Counted from the stretch's first letter, positions 8,451 to 17,560 are shown. The stretch is DNA of 32,000 nucleotides from Delftia acidovorans NBRC 14950 (GCF_001598795.1 NZ_BCZP01000027.1:40313-72312); one strand, 5' to 3'. Numbers and translations are program-made. The notes: generated by a model not told the origin, from the sequence alone.

Positions 8451-9346
8451 TGCCGGGCGAACCCCTGATCCTGCGCGATGCAGACTGGATGCCCGAGGCG
8501 CTGAAGATCGGCAGGCCGCGCAGCGCCGGCGTGGCCGCGTCGATGCCTGCGGCCGCCCATGCGGCTGCGCCGGTCCCGGCCGCAGCGCCTGCGCCTTCTG
8601 CCCAGTGGCTGGAGCAGCAGCGCCGCGCCGCCTATGAGGAAGGCCTGAAGGCAGGGCGCAAGGCTGCGGACGCCGAACTCGGGCAGCGCGCCCAGGCGCT
8701 GTCCCATGAGCAGGCGCAGGTGCGGGAAGCCACGGCTGCGCTGCAGCGCGAGCAAAAGGAGTTGCAGCAGCGCAGGCAAGCCGGTGAGCAGCAGATGTCG
8801 GCTCAGCGGGATTCGCTGCAAACGCTGCTCCAGCAACTGCCGGCGGCCTGGGAGGGCTTCCTGCAGGATGCCGAGGAAGACATGCTGTCGCTGGTCTTTG
8901 AGGCGGTCTGCCGCATCACAGGCGAGCAGGCCGTCAGCCGCGACGGGGCGCGTGCCATGCTGCAGCGCACGGTGCAGGCCTGGCATGGCCGTCGGCCCTT
9001 GAGCGTGCATGTGCATCCCGACGATCTGGACGCGCTGCAGTCCGATGCGCCGCTGCGCCAGATGCTTTCCGCATCGGGCTTCACCGCCGAGAGACAGACA
9101 CTGCGCTGGGTCGCCGACCCCGAAGTGCAGTTGGGCGGCTGTCTGCTGCGTTCCGAAGAGGGCGCGCTGGACGCGCGCCTGGAGGTGCAACTGCAAGCCC
9201 TCAGGGCCAGCCTGGCGCAGACGCGGGAGGTGCGGCGGGAGATGCAGCGAGAGGGGCAGCGGGAGGGGCAGCGGCAAGTCCAGCACGACCAGACAACTGC
9301 TGCAGACGGCGGCCCGTTCAAGCCCGCAGGGGAGGCCGTACGATGA
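8450..9346 (+). CDS. fliH: Flagellar export ATPase regulator FliH
   Basis: ATG at 8450. The N-terminal half is coiled-coil rich (EQQRRAAYEEGLKAGRKAADAELGQRAQAL...). The C-terminal ...WVADPEVQLGGCLLRSEEGALDARLEVQLQAL is the FliH/SctL-type motif. It lies immediately upstream of fliI with an ATGA overlap. Confidence 0.72.
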   Translation: MPGEPLILRDADWMPEALKIGRPRSAGVAASMPAAAHAAAPVPAAAPAPSAQWLEQQRRAAYEEGLKAGRKAADAELGQRAQALSHEQAQVREATAALQREQKELQQRRQAGEQQMSAQRDSLQTLLQQLPAAWEGFLQDAEEDMLSLVFEAVCRITGEQAVSRDGARAMLQRTVQAWHGRRPLSVHVHPDDLDALQSDAPLRQMLSASGFTAERQTLRWVADPEVQLGGCLLRSEEGALDARLEVQLQALRASLAQTREVRREMQREGQREGQRQVQHDQTTAADGGPFKPAGEAVR

Positions 9347-10848
9347 CCGTGCCCTTGCCCTTGCCCTTGCCATTGCTTGATGTGCGCGCCATTCTCGGTG
9401 AGTACCGCAGCGCCCTGCGCCAGGCCGAGCTGTCCCGGCGACTGGGCCGCGTGCTGCAGATGCAGGGCCTGGCCATCGAGGCGCAGGGGCCTGATGCCAC
9501 GGTGGGCGAGCTGTGCCGCATCCTGCCGCGCCAGCGACCGGCCGAGCGTGGCGGGAGTCGGCAGGCATCCATGTCGCCCGAGCACGGTGTTCTGGCCGAA
9601 GTCGTGGGACTGAGGGGCGACGTGATCACCCTCATGCCCTACGGCAGCATGCAGGGCGTGGCAGCAGGCTCCGAGATCGTGGCGCTGGGGCGCCAGGCGA
9701 GCTTCGGCGTCGGGCCCGCACTGCTGGGCCGCGTGATCGACGGTTTCGGGCATGCGCTGGACCAGCGGCCCGATCCCGTGGCGCCGCTGCAGCGTCCGCT
9801 GCATGCGGCGCCCATCAATCCCATGCAGCGCCCGCGCATCCACGAGGTGCTGCAGACCGGTGTGCGCTGCCTTGATGGCCTGCTGACCGTGGGCAAGGGC
9901 CAGCGCGTGGGCATCTTCGCGGGCAGCGGTGTCGGCAAGAGCACGCTGCTGGGCATGATTGCCCAGCACGTCAGCGCCGATGTCAACGTCATTGCGCTGA
10001 TCGGTGAGCGTGGGCGCGAGGTACGCGAATTCATCGACAAGCAACTCGGCCCCGAAGGCCTCGCGCGGTCCGTGGTGGTGGTGGCCACATCGGACCAGCC
10101 GGCCCTGGCGCGCATACGCGCTGCGCATGCGGCCGTCACCATTGCCGAATACTTCCGCGACCAGGGGCGCCAGGTCCTGCTGACAATGGATTCGGTCACG
10201 CGCCTGGCCATGGCGCGGCGCGAGGTGGGGCTGGCCGCAGGTGAGCCGCCCACGGCACGCGGCTACACGCCGTCCGTGTTTGCCGAGCTGCCCCAGCTGT
10301 GCGAGCGCTGTGGCACGGCGCCGTCGGGAGGCTCCATCACCGCGCTGCTGACCGTGCTGGTGGAAGGGGACGACATGAACGAGCCCATTGCCGACAGCCT
10401 GCGCTCCATCCTCGACGGCCATGTGGTGCTGTCGCGGCATATCGCCCATGAAGGCCAGTACCCGGCGATCGACGTGCTGCGCAGCGCCAGCCGGCTGCTG
10501 CCCGACCTGACCACGCCGCAGGAGCGCGAACTGATTTCCGATGCGGTGCGCCATCTCGCCCTGCTGGATCGCAACCGGCAGCTGGTGGACATCGGCGCCT
10601 ACGAAAAAGGCATGAACCCCGAACTGGACCAGGCCTTGCTGCTGGCTCCGGGCCTGAAGCAATGGCTCAGCCAGGCCGAGGGCGGAATCTCCCGCAGCCA
10701 GGCCATGGGCGAATTGCGCAAGCTGCTGTGGCCCGACAGGCCTGCCGTGGAGGCAGGGCCTTTGCTCGCGCCCGCCCCGGCGGCGGCACCGGCCCGGTCA
10801 CCGGCCAAATTCAGCTTCTCGCTGACCCCTCAGAAAGGCAAGCGATGA
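9343..10848 (+). CDS. fliI: Flagellum-specific T3SS ATPase FliI
   Basis: Walker A is GSGVGKSTLLGMI. VLLTMDSVTRLAMARREVGLAAGEPP and ITALLTVLVEGDDMNEPIADSLRSILDGHVVLSR are FliI/SctN signatures. The protein is 501 aa, slightly long, with a PLPLPLPL N-terminus. Confidence 0.92.
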   Translation: MTVPLPLPLPLLDVRAILGEYRSALRQAELSRRLGRVLQMQGLAIEAQGPDATVGELCRILPRQRPAERGGSRQASMSPEHGVLAEVVGLRGDVITLMPYGSMQGVAAGSEIVALGRQASFGVGPALLGRVIDGFGHALDQRPDPVAPLQRPLHAAPINPMQRPRIHEVLQTGVRCLDGLLTVGKGQRVGIFAGSGVGKSTLLGMIAQHVSADVNVIALIGERGREVREFIDKQLGPEGLARSVVVVATSDQPALARIRAAHAAVTIAEYFRDQGRQVLLTMDSVTRLAMARREVGLAAGEPPTARGYTPSVFAELPQLCERCGTAPSGGSITALLTVLVEGDDMNEPIADSLRSILDGHVVLSRHIAHEGQYPAIDVLRSASRLLPDLTTPQERELISDAVRHLALLDRNRQLVDIGAYEKGMNPELDQALLLAPGLKQWLSQAEGGISRSQAMGELRKLLWPDRPAVEAGPLLAPAPAAAPARSPAKFSFSLTPQKGKR

Positions 10849-11369
10849 CCAGAGATGGACAGTCCGCATCGCAATCCGTGCCGAATGTGGACCTGCGCGG
10901 CTTTTCCTATGCGCTCACCCCCTATCTGCGCAAGCAGGAGTGGCAGATGGAACGGCTGCAGGCGCGCATGACCGGGTTGCAGCACAGTCTGGCCCAGGCC
11001 GAACACGCGTTGCAGGAGCAAGAGGCATCCTTGCAGGCACATGCCGCCCAAATGCGGCAGGCAATGCACTCGCGCCCTGATCCGCTGCTTCACCGCAGGG
11101 GGCTGGCTTTCCTGTCAGGCCTGCACGCGCGCATCGATAGCCAGAAGCAGGAAGTGCAGGCTCTGCGTGCGCAGAAGGCCGACCTCCAGGCGGAGTGCCT
11201 GGCCCAGCAGCGCAGCATTGACGGCCTGCTGGAGCACAGGACGCAGGCCCTGCATGAATATGCGCTTGAAGCCGGGCGCGCTGCAGCGGCAGAGGCAGAC
11301 CGTGACTGGGTAGGCCGCTTGGCCATGCGCCAGCCACTGCGTGAATTCCGCGTGGAGCAGTCCGAATGA
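10845..11369 (+). CDS. fliJ: Flagellar export chaperone FliJ-like coiled-coil protein
   Basis: ATG at 10845 overlaps the fliI stop (ATGA). The 174-aa protein is strongly helical and Gln/Ala/Leu-rich (LRKQEWQMERLQARMTGLQHSLAQAEHALQEQEASLQAH...). It occupies the canonical position after fliI. The call rests on position and composition, not strong motifs. Confidence 0.55.
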   Translation: MTRDGQSASQSVPNVDLRGFSYALTPYLRKQEWQMERLQARMTGLQHSLAQAEHALQEQEASLQAHAAQMRQAMHSRPDPLLHRRGLAFLSGLHARIDSQKQEVQALRAQKADLQAECLAQQRSIDGLLEHRTQALHEYALEAGRAAAAEADRDWVGRLAMRQPLREFRVEQSE

Positions 11370-12541
11370 ACAGTCTCGACATTCATTCCGCAGGCCTGCC
11401 CGCTTTGCCTGCGCTCCCTTTCGGTGAAAAAGGCGTGGGGCAGGGCGGCGGTGCACCGCAGGATCAGGCACCGACGGGACAGCGCTCGCGTCAGGCCTGG
11501 TTGCGGGAAATGGAACGGGCCCAGCTGGCAGGCTGGTTCCAGCCGTTCGGCACGGCGACAGGTGACATTGCGCAGCACAACCCCAAGACGCAGGCGCGCC
11601 CCGTGCAAGCTGGTGCGCCAGGTCCTGCTACGCCGCAGGCTGCACAGCGGCAGCCTCAGATGTCCATGCCCGGGCAGGCGCAGGCGCGCCCGGTGGCCGC
11701 GGCCGACTCCGGGATCACCCGGACTGCGTCGGCGTCGGGCGCCGCGCCGGCGTTGGCCGAGAAAGCTTCTCCCGGCCTGGCGGCGGCTGGCCGTTCGGGA
11801 ACGTGGGAGTCACTGTCTCCGCGTTCGGGCCACGGCCTGTCCATGGGCGACTCCTCTGCAGCCGTGGCTGCCTATGCCGCCGCCGGTGCCGACGCGGCAT
11901 CGGCTGGCGAGGGCGGTGCCCCGGGCCTGGCCAAGGCTGTGTCCGCAGCGGCGTCGCAGCAGGCATCTGCGGCATCGGCGACTGCAGCGGCCCCTGCCGC
12001 ACCAGAGCACGCGGGCATTCGTCCGCCCATCCAAATGGCGGTGCAGACGGCTGCGCTCTTGTCTGCCTCGCCATCCGCCGCGCTTGCCCTGCTGGCCGTG
12101 CGCGACGCCGCGGCCCCTGCAACTGCCGTGCCTGGCGCAGATCGGCCTTCGACCCGTGCGTCGCAATCGCCGGCAAGTCCCTCGGCTGCGTCAGGCCCTG
12201 CCATTGCGCGCTGGCAGGGTGCCGCACAGGCACAAGGCATGCGCATGCATGCGCAGTGGACGGAGCGCGGCGTGCAGCTGTGGCTGGGCCTGGACGGCAG
12301 CGCCCAGCAGGTGGGGGTGCAGGCGCAGGCCGTCGTGTACTCGCTGCATCGCCTGCTGCGCGACCAGGGCCAGCAGCTCAGCCGGGTGGTCTGCAACGGG
12401 CAGGTGGTATTCGATGCTGCGACGGCCCGGGCAGGCGCGGGCCGTGCACTGCATGAGTTTTCAGACCTCTTCGACAGGTATGCCTCGGCCACGCCGGGCA
12501 TGCCGGCTTTCCTTCCATCCTCCAGCAAGGAGATTTCATGA
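11366..12541 (+). CDS. fliK: Hook-length control protein FliK-like
   Basis: ATGA overlap with the fliJ stop. The 391-aa protein is Ala/Pro/Ser/Gln-rich and low-complexity. The C-terminal block MRMHAQWTERGVQLWLGLDGSAQQVGVQAQAVVYSLHRLLRDQGQQLSRVVCNG resembles the FliK C-terminal (Flg_hook) domain. It sits in the fliJ-fliK-flgD position. Confidence 0.55.
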   Translation: MNSLDIHSAGLPALPALPFGEKGVGQGGGAPQDQAPTGQRSRQAWLREMERAQLAGWFQPFGTATGDIAQHNPKTQARPVQAGAPGPATPQAAQRQPQMSMPGQAQARPVAAADSGITRTASASGAAPALAEKASPGLAAAGRSGTWESLSPRSGHGLSMGDSSAAVAAYAAAGADAASAGEGGAPGLAKAVSAAASQQASAASATAAAPAAPEHAGIRPPIQMAVQTAALLSASPSAALALLAVRDAAAPATAVPGADRPSTRASQSPASPSAASGPAIARWQGAAQAQGMRMHAQWTERGVQLWLGLDGSAQQVGVQAQAVVYSLHRLLRDQGQQLSRVVCNGQVVFDAATARAGAGRALHEFSDLFDRYASATPGMPAFLPSSSKEIS

Positions 12542-12936
12542 GCATCGACAGCATCGGCAGCGCCACCACGGGACTGCGCGGCAACAGCCTGGGACAGGAG
12601 GATTTCATGAAGATCCTGCTCACCCAGCTGACCTACCAGGACCCCCTCAAGCCCATGGACAACCAGCAGTTCATGGCCCAGATGGCGCAATTCACCAGCC
12701 TGGAGCAGACCCAGCAGCTCAACCAGAAGATGGCCACCCTGATCAGCAACCAGGCAGCCCTGCAGTCCGTGGGCCTCATCGGCCGCACCGTGGACATCAA
12801 CACGGGAGGCTCCTCGCTGACCGGCACCGTGGCCTCGCTGTCGCTTTCGGGGGACTCGCCCTCCATCACCGTGCGCACCAGCTCCGGCGCCACGCTTCAG
12901 AACATCGCCCTGAGCCAGATCACCGCAGTGCGGTGA
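12538..12936 (+). CDS. flgD: Hook capping/assembly protein FlgD (short, 132 aa)
   Basis: ATGA overlap with the fliK stop. LGQEDFMKILLTQLTYQDPLKPMDNQQFMAQMAQFTSLEQ is the FlgD N-terminal signature. The protein is short and has only a small C-terminal beta region. Confidence 0.82.
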   Translation: MSIDSIGSATTGLRGNSLGQEDFMKILLTQLTYQDPLKPMDNQQFMAQMAQFTSLEQTQQLNQKMATLISNQAALQSVGLIGRTVDINTGGSSLTGTVASLSLSGDSPSITVRTSSGATLQNIALSQITAVR

Positions 12937-12961
12937 AGCGCTCCCATCCCGAGGACATTCC

Positions 12962-14134
12962 ATGATCGAATCCATCTACGTCGGCATGACGGGCCTGGCC
13001 AGCTTCTCGCGCGGGCTGCGTGTCATCGCTAACAACACCACCAACCTCAATACGCCCGGCTTCAAAAGCTCCACGCTGCGCTTTGCCGATGCCTTCTATG
13101 CGGGCGGAGGCTATTCGGGCCGCCAGTTCGGCCAGATGGGCTATGGCGTGACGACCACCGGCACGGCCATGTCCTTCAAGCCCGGCGAACTGCGCCAGAC
13201 CGGCAACGGGCTGGACCTGGCCATGGACGGCCAGGGACTGTTCATGCTCAAGGCCGAGGACGGCAGCATCCGCTACACGCGCGCGGGCCAGTTCCAGTTC
13301 GACAAGACCGGCGTGCTCGTCAGCGGCAGCGGAGCCAAGGTCATGGGCGTGGGCACCAACGGCGCGGCGACCGAGATCAGCATCGCCAATCTCAAGACCA
13401 CCACGGGCAAGGCCACGACCTCCGCCAAATTCACGGGCAACCTGTCGAGCGCAGGCACGGACCAGACGGTCAACGGCGTGCGCGTCTATGACGCGGCGGG
13501 CGGCGAGCATCTGCTGACCCTCAAGCTCACCAACACCAATGCCACCACGGCAGGCAGCTGGAAGGTGGAGTTGATGGATGGCACCACCCTTGTCGATACC
13601 AAGCAGATCGTCTTTCAGGACGGCAAGCCCACGGCAGCCACCTCCAGGCTGTCCTTCACCTACTCGCCTGCCGGCCAGGCCGCCATGCCAGTGACGCTGG
13701 ACTTCAGCACCGATGTCACCTCCTTCGCTTCGGGCACCCTGTCCACCCTGGCCTTTGCGTCCCAGGACGGCTATGCGCCGGCGGAACTCAGCTCTGTCTC
13801 CTTCGATGCGACCGGCACCCTGGTGCTGACCTATGGCAACGGGCAAACCACCAAGGGCCCCCGCCTGTCGCTGGGGCGCTTCGACACGGTCGATGCCGTG
13901 GGCACCGTGGGCAACAACGAATTCGTGGCGCTGGACGGCGGTGCCTGGCATACGGGCGTGGCCGGTGGCGCCTTTGGCAATGTGCGCGCGGGCTATGTGG
14001 AAATCTCCAACGTCGATCTGTCGCAGGAGTTCAGCGACCTGGTCATCATGCAGCGCGGCTACCAGGCCAGCTCCCAGGTCATCTCCACGGCCAACGAGAT
14101 GCTGCAGGAGCTTTTCTCCATGAAGAGCCGTTGA
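12962..14134 (+). CDS. flgE: Flagellar hook protein FlgE
   Basis: GAGGA precedes the ATG at 12962. MIESIYVGMTGLASFSRGLRVIANNTTNLNTPGFK... and C-terminal GYVEISNVDLSQEFSDLVIMQRGYQASSQVISTANEMLQEL are hook/rod family termini. Its 390 aa and position after flgD fit FlgE. Confidence 0.86.
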   Translation: MIESIYVGMTGLASFSRGLRVIANNTTNLNTPGFKSSTLRFADAFYAGGGYSGRQFGQMGYGVTTTGTAMSFKPGELRQTGNGLDLAMDGQGLFMLKAEDGSIRYTRAGQFQFDKTGVLVSGSGAKVMGVGTNGAATEISIANLKTTTGKATTSAKFTGNLSSAGTDQTVNGVRVYDAAGGEHLLTLKLTNTNATTAGSWKVELMDGTTLVDTKQIVFQDGKPTAATSRLSFTYSPAGQAAMPVTLDFSTDVTSFASGTLSTLAFASQDGYAPAELSSVSFDATGTLVLTYGNGQTTKGPRLSLGRFDTVDAVGTVGNNEFVALDGGAWHTGVAGGAFGNVRAGYVEISNVDLSQEFSDLVIMQRGYQASSQVISTANEMLQELFSMKSR

Positions 14135-14137
14135 TCC

Positions 14138-15034
14138 ATGGTGCGTACATTGCAGGATCAATGCGTGGCTGCAGGTCTGCTGTCCCTGCAGGAATCGGGT
14201 AGGGCCAGGCCGCTGCGGGTCTGGAGCGCCCGCCAGAAAGAGAACGTCTGCGACGCCGTGCAGGCCGTGCTGCTCCAGTGGCATGCCGACTGGAGCGTGC
14301 ATGGCGATGCCCCGGGGGCGCCTGCGGCATTGCGCGTGCAGGACCCCGGGGCCAATGATGGCGAAGGCGTGGACATGCTGGACGAACAGGCCGCGCTGCG
14401 CGCTCTGCACGCGCTTCTGTTCGGCCAGCCTGCGGCCGATCCCGACCGGCGCGGTCCGGCAGCACCTGCCCTGGACATGGCTGCAGGGCTGTGCGCACAG
14501 GCCTGGCAGTCCTTGACTGGCGGGCTGCGCCAGCTGGCGGGTGCCAGCCTGGGGGAACATCAGGGCTGTGCCCCCGGACCCTGGTCCGGTGCCGTTGTCC
14601 TGGCGCTGGACTGGGGCGGGGTGCGCTGGGTGCTACACCTGAACGCATCTGCCGTGGAGCAAGTCCTCGCCTCGTGCGGTGAGCTGGGTACCGGCTCGCG
14701 GGATCAGGACGACGGCGCCGTACGCAAACCCCTGGTGCCGCTGGTGCCGCTGGTGCCGCTGGTGCCGCTGGTGCCGCTGGCAAGTGCGCTGCACAGCCAG
14801 ACGGTGACGGTCCGCCTCGAGCTCAACCCCATATCACTGAGCCTGGGACAGCTGCAATCGCTGGCGCCGGGCGATGTCATCACCTTGACGCACGCGCTGG
14901 AGCAGCCTGCCCTGCTGCGACTGCAATCCCGGCAGGGCATGGATGCCGGTGAGCTCCTGTGCACCGGCTGGCTGGGGCAGTCGCAAGGCCGCCTGGGCGT
15001 CGAGCTTCAACCCCTTTCCAACACATCTTCCTGA
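14138..15034 (+). CDS. FliM/SctQ-like C-ring protein (N-terminal region of unclear affinity plus C-terminal SpoA domain)
   Basis: 298-aa ORF starting 4 nt after the flgE stop and located upstream of fliN. The C-terminus VTVRLELNPISLSLGQLQSLAPGDVITLTHALEQPALLRLQ...GELLCTGWLGQSQGRLGVEL is a SpoA/FliN-type domain. No LSQxEIDxLL-like N-terminal peptide is visible. Confidence 0.5.
   Translation: MVRTLQDQCVAAGLLSLQESGRARPLRVWSARQKENVCDAVQAVLLQWHADWSVHGDAPGAPAALRVQDPGANDGEGVDMLDEQAALRALHALLFGQPAADPDRRGPAAPALDMAAGLCAQAWQSLTGGLRQLAGASLGEHQGCAPGPWSGAVVLALDWGGVRWVLHLNASAVEQVLASCGELGTGSRDQDDGAVRKPLVPLVPLVPLVPLVPLASALHSQTVTVRLELNPISLSLGQLQSLAPGDVITLTHALEQPALLRLQSRQGMDAGELLCTGWLGQSQGRLGVELQPLSNTSS
14732..14780 (+). 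repeat. Perfect in-frame 9-bp tandem repeat (ctggtgccg x5.4) encoding (LVP)n linker
   Basis: Read directly: ctggtgccg occurs at 14732, 14741, 14750, 14759 and 14768, followed by a partial ctgg. It lies inside the FliM/SctQ-like gene, just upstream of its SpoA domain. Confidence 0.95.
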
Positions 15035-15041
15035 ACTGTCT

Positions 15042-15446
15042 ATGTCTTTGCAGAACACGCCGCCGCAAGCTCCTGGCGCGCAATCCATTCCGTCTCCGGC
15101 CCCGCGCATGCAGCGCATCGAGCTTGCCGAGCTGGATACTGCTGCCCCTTCCCCGGCTTCCTCTGCGGCACCCCAGCCGCTGGTGCCCAGCCTGCACCCG
15201 CTGCACCAGGTCAAGACCACCGTGCAGGTCTGCGTGGGCACTGCCACGCTGACGGTCGGTGAACTGCTGGGCGCCCAGGCACAGCAGGTGCTGGTGCTGG
15301 ACACGGCTGTGGAGCAGGCCGTGGACCTGCTGGTGGAAGGCCAGGTGGTTGCGCGTGGGCAACTGGTGGCTGTGGGCGACCGCTTCGCCGTGCGCCTGAC
15401 GGAGCTGCCCACGCCGCTGGGACTTCAAGCCAAGGCACATCCATGA
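15042..15446 (+). CDS. fliN: Flagellar motor switch protein FliN
   Basis: ATG at 15042. The N-terminus is Pro/Ala-rich. It is followed by the SpoA block VKTTVQVCVGTATLTVGELLGAQAQQVLVLDTAVEQAVDLLVEGQVVARGQLVAVGDRFAVRLTEL. Confidence 0.82.
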   Translation: MSLQNTPPQAPGAQSIPSPAPRMQRIELAELDTAAPSPASSAAPQPLVPSLHPLHQVKTTVQVCVGTATLTVGELLGAQAQQVLVLDTAVEQAVDLLVEGQVVARGQLVAVGDRFAVRLTELPTPLGLQAKAHP

Positions 15447-15859
15447 CCGTGGCACTGCCGGAGTCCATCCCCCTGCGCCGTGAGCCAGCGCCTGTTCCCG
15501 GCACGCCCGCCGAGGAACTGGCGTGGATGGGTGTTTTCATCGTCCTGCTGCTGCTGGTCTTCGTGGCTTGGCGCAAGTGCCGGCCGGGCGGCGCTGCCAG
15601 CGAGGGCAAGGCGCCGGCAGCGGGCTGGCTGGGACGGTGGATGGGCAGTCTGCAAAAAAAGCAGGAGCTCCGTACCAGCCTGGTCTCCAGCGCACGCCTG
15701 ACGCCCCAGCACAGCGTGCACGAGGTGACCTGGCAGGGCAGGCGGCTGCTGATAGGCTGCGCACCCCAGTCCATCGCCTTGCTGGCCGAGGCACCGCTGG
15801 ATGAGAGCGCGGCGCAGCCAGCCCCGTCCACCAACGAAGGCAAGGACGGCACGCCATGA
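15443..15859 (+). CDS. fliO: Flagellar biosynthesis protein FliO-like
   Basis: ATGA overlap with the fliN stop. There is a single TM helix (WMGVFIVLLLLVFVAW) followed by ...LVSSARLTPQHSVHEVTWQGRRLLIGCAPQSIALLAE, the usual FliO layout. It lies between fliN and fliP. Confidence 0.55.
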   Translation: MTVALPESIPLRREPAPVPGTPAEELAWMGVFIVLLLLVFVAWRKCRPGGAASEGKAPAAGWLGRWMGSLQKKQELRTSLVSSARLTPQHSVHEVTWQGRRLLIGCAPQSIALLAEAPLDESAAQPAPSTNEGKDGTP

Positions 15860-16605
15860 CACAAGCCGCATCTAGCAGCCTGCGTCAGGGCCTGCGCAGG
15901 GCCGCAGCCGTGGGCGCCCTGTTGTTCATGGCGGGCGCCGCCTATGCGCAGGCCAGCGGCAAGGCCGGTGCAGCCACGGAGACATCGCAGGCCTTGCGTA
16001 TCGTCATCGGCCTGACCCTGCTGGCCGTGCTGCCCGCCTTGCTGGTCTGCGTGACCAGCTTCCTGCGCATCATCATCGTGCTGTCCATGCTGCGCCACGC
16101 CATCGGCATGAACGAAACGCCGCCCAACACCGTGCTCATCGGACTGGCGCTGTTCCTCACCATGTTCACCATGGCGCCCGTGCTGGAGCAGGTCAACCGC
16201 GAAGCCGTGCAGCCCTTCATGGAAGGCCGCGCCGGCATGCAGGAAGGCTTTGCCAAGGGCATGGCGCCGCTGCGCGACTTCATGGTGCGCCAGACGCGCG
16301 AGCAGGACCTGGCCCTCATGGTCGAACTGTCCAAGGCCGAGCCGCCCGCGTCCATGGACGACATCAGCAACGTGCAGCTGATTCCGGCCTTCATGCTGTC
16401 CGAGCTGCGCGCCGCCTTCCAGATCGGCTTTGTCGTCTTCCTGCCCTTTCTGCTCATCGACCTGATCGTCTCCAGCGTGCTCATGACGCTGGGCATGATG
16501 ATGATGCCGCCCACCACTATCGCCTTGCCCATCAAGGTGCTGATGTTCATCCTCATCGACGGCTGGAGCCTGCTGCTGCGTGCGCTGGTGGGCAGCTTTC
16601 ACTGA
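15856..16605 (+). CDS. fliP: Flagellar export apparatus protein FliP
   Basis: ATGA overlap with the fliO stop. LRIVIGLTLLAVLPALLVCVTSFLRIIIVLSMLRHAIGMNETPPNTVLIGLALFLTMFTMAPV and PFLLIDLIVSSVLMTLGMMMMPP are FliP/SctR signatures. Confidence 0.92.
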   Translation: MTQAASSSLRQGLRRAAAVGALLFMAGAAYAQASGKAGAATETSQALRIVIGLTLLAVLPALLVCVTSFLRIIIVLSMLRHAIGMNETPPNTVLIGLALFLTMFTMAPVLEQVNREAVQPFMEGRAGMQEGFAKGMAPLRDFMVRQTREQDLALMVELSKAEPPASMDDISNVQLIPAFMLSELRAAFQIGFVVFLPFLLIDLIVSSVLMTLGMMMMPPTTIALPIKVLMFILIDGWSLLLRALVGSFH

Positions 16606-16625
16606 GGCCTGCGCGCTTGCCCGCC

Positions 16626-17477
16626 ATGGCTGCCGCCGCACCTTCCGCAAGCACGGATCTTCTCCTGGAGGAAGAGGCGCAACTGTGGTCGCGCTGGCGT
16701 GGGGCAGGCGATGCGGCGGCCCGCGAGCGGCTGGTGCTGCACTACCTGCCCTTTGCCCGCACCCTCGCTGCCGTGCATTACCGCGGCCGGATCCACGCCG
16801 ATGTGGAGTTTGACGACTACCTGCAACTGGCGCGCCTGGGCCTGATGGAGTCCGTGGACCGTTACGAGCCGGAGCGTGGCGCCCAGTTCAAGACCTATGT
16901 GGCCCATCGCATCCGTGGTGCCTTGCTCAACGGCCTGGAGAAAGCCACCGAAAAAAGCCAGCAGATCGCGGCCCGCAAGCGCCTTCAGGCCGAACGGCTC
17001 GAAAGCGTCAAATCTGCGGCGCTGGACGCAGCTGCGTCCCATCCCTGCGATGAAGGCCGAGGGACAACGGCGCGCGGCCCGGTGGCCCGCTCGCGCCAGA
17101 GCACCTTGCTGGCCTACCTGGCCGAAGTCGGCATAGGCATTGCGCTGGGTGTCATGCTGGAGGACACCGGAATGGTCGCCGCCGACGGGGAATCCGAAGG
17201 CGGGGACGTTGCCGCCGTGGCCGCCTCCCCCGACGTGCTGTACTTCCGAAAGACCGAACTGCAACGCTGGCGGGAGCAACTGCGCGAGGCACTGGCACGG
17301 CTGCCAGCCCAGGAGAGCAAGGTCATCCGCTACCACTACCAGCAGGAAATCCCGTTCGAAGAGATTGCCGCCATGCTCGGCGTCTCGCGCAGCCGGGTCT
17401 CGCAGCTGCACCGCCAGGGGTTGGGCAAGTTGCGCCACATGCTAGGACAGGGGCCGCCCTGTGACGTCTTCCTCTAG
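16626..17477 (+). CDS. fliA: Sigma-28 (FliA)-type RNA polymerase sigma factor
   Basis: Region 2 reads DDYLQLARLGLMESVDRYEPERGAQFKTYVAHRIRGALLNGL. Region 4.2 HTH reads IPFEEIAAMLGVSRSRVSQLHRQGLGKLRHML. It has a flagellar context. ATG at 16626; the track's TTG at 16617 is also possible. There is an extended acidic/Ala-rich insert between regions 2 and 4. Confidence 0.72.
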   Translation: MAAAAPSASTDLLLEEEAQLWSRWRGAGDAAARERLVLHYLPFARTLAAVHYRGRIHADVEFDDYLQLARLGLMESVDRYEPERGAQFKTYVAHRIRGALLNGLEKATEKSQQIAARKRLQAERLESVKSAALDAAASHPCDEGRGTTARGPVARSRQSTLLAYLAEVGIGIALGVMLEDTGMVAADGESEGGDVAAVAASPDVLYFRKTELQRWREQLREALARLPAQESKVIRYHYQQEIPFEEIAAMLGVSRSRVSQLHRQGLGKLRHMLGQGPPCDVFL

Positions 17478-17560
17478 ACGCCTGCCCATACCCGCCAATC
17501 CCACCACAGCTTCAGCCCCCGTGGCTGCCCTGACAATCACCACCATCCGAGGGAACATCC

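Noticed and set aside
14732-14780. Possible CRISPR-like or other regular repeat array.
   Set aside because: The units are 9 bp, contiguous and spacer-free, and lie in frame inside a coding region. I saw no repeat-spacer architecture anywhere in the window.
3154-15041. Upstream in-frame extensions offered by the ORF track for flgH (3154), flgI (3791), the fliG-like gene (7653), fliH (8429), fliJ (10662), fliN (14943), flgG (1455), flgC (5467) and fliF (6262).
   Set aside because: The extensions overlap the preceding gene extensively and translate to Arg/Pro/Gly-rich sequence. Internal ATGs give start-stop coupling or an RBS, and they give N-termini (signal peptides, rod motifs) matching the respective families.
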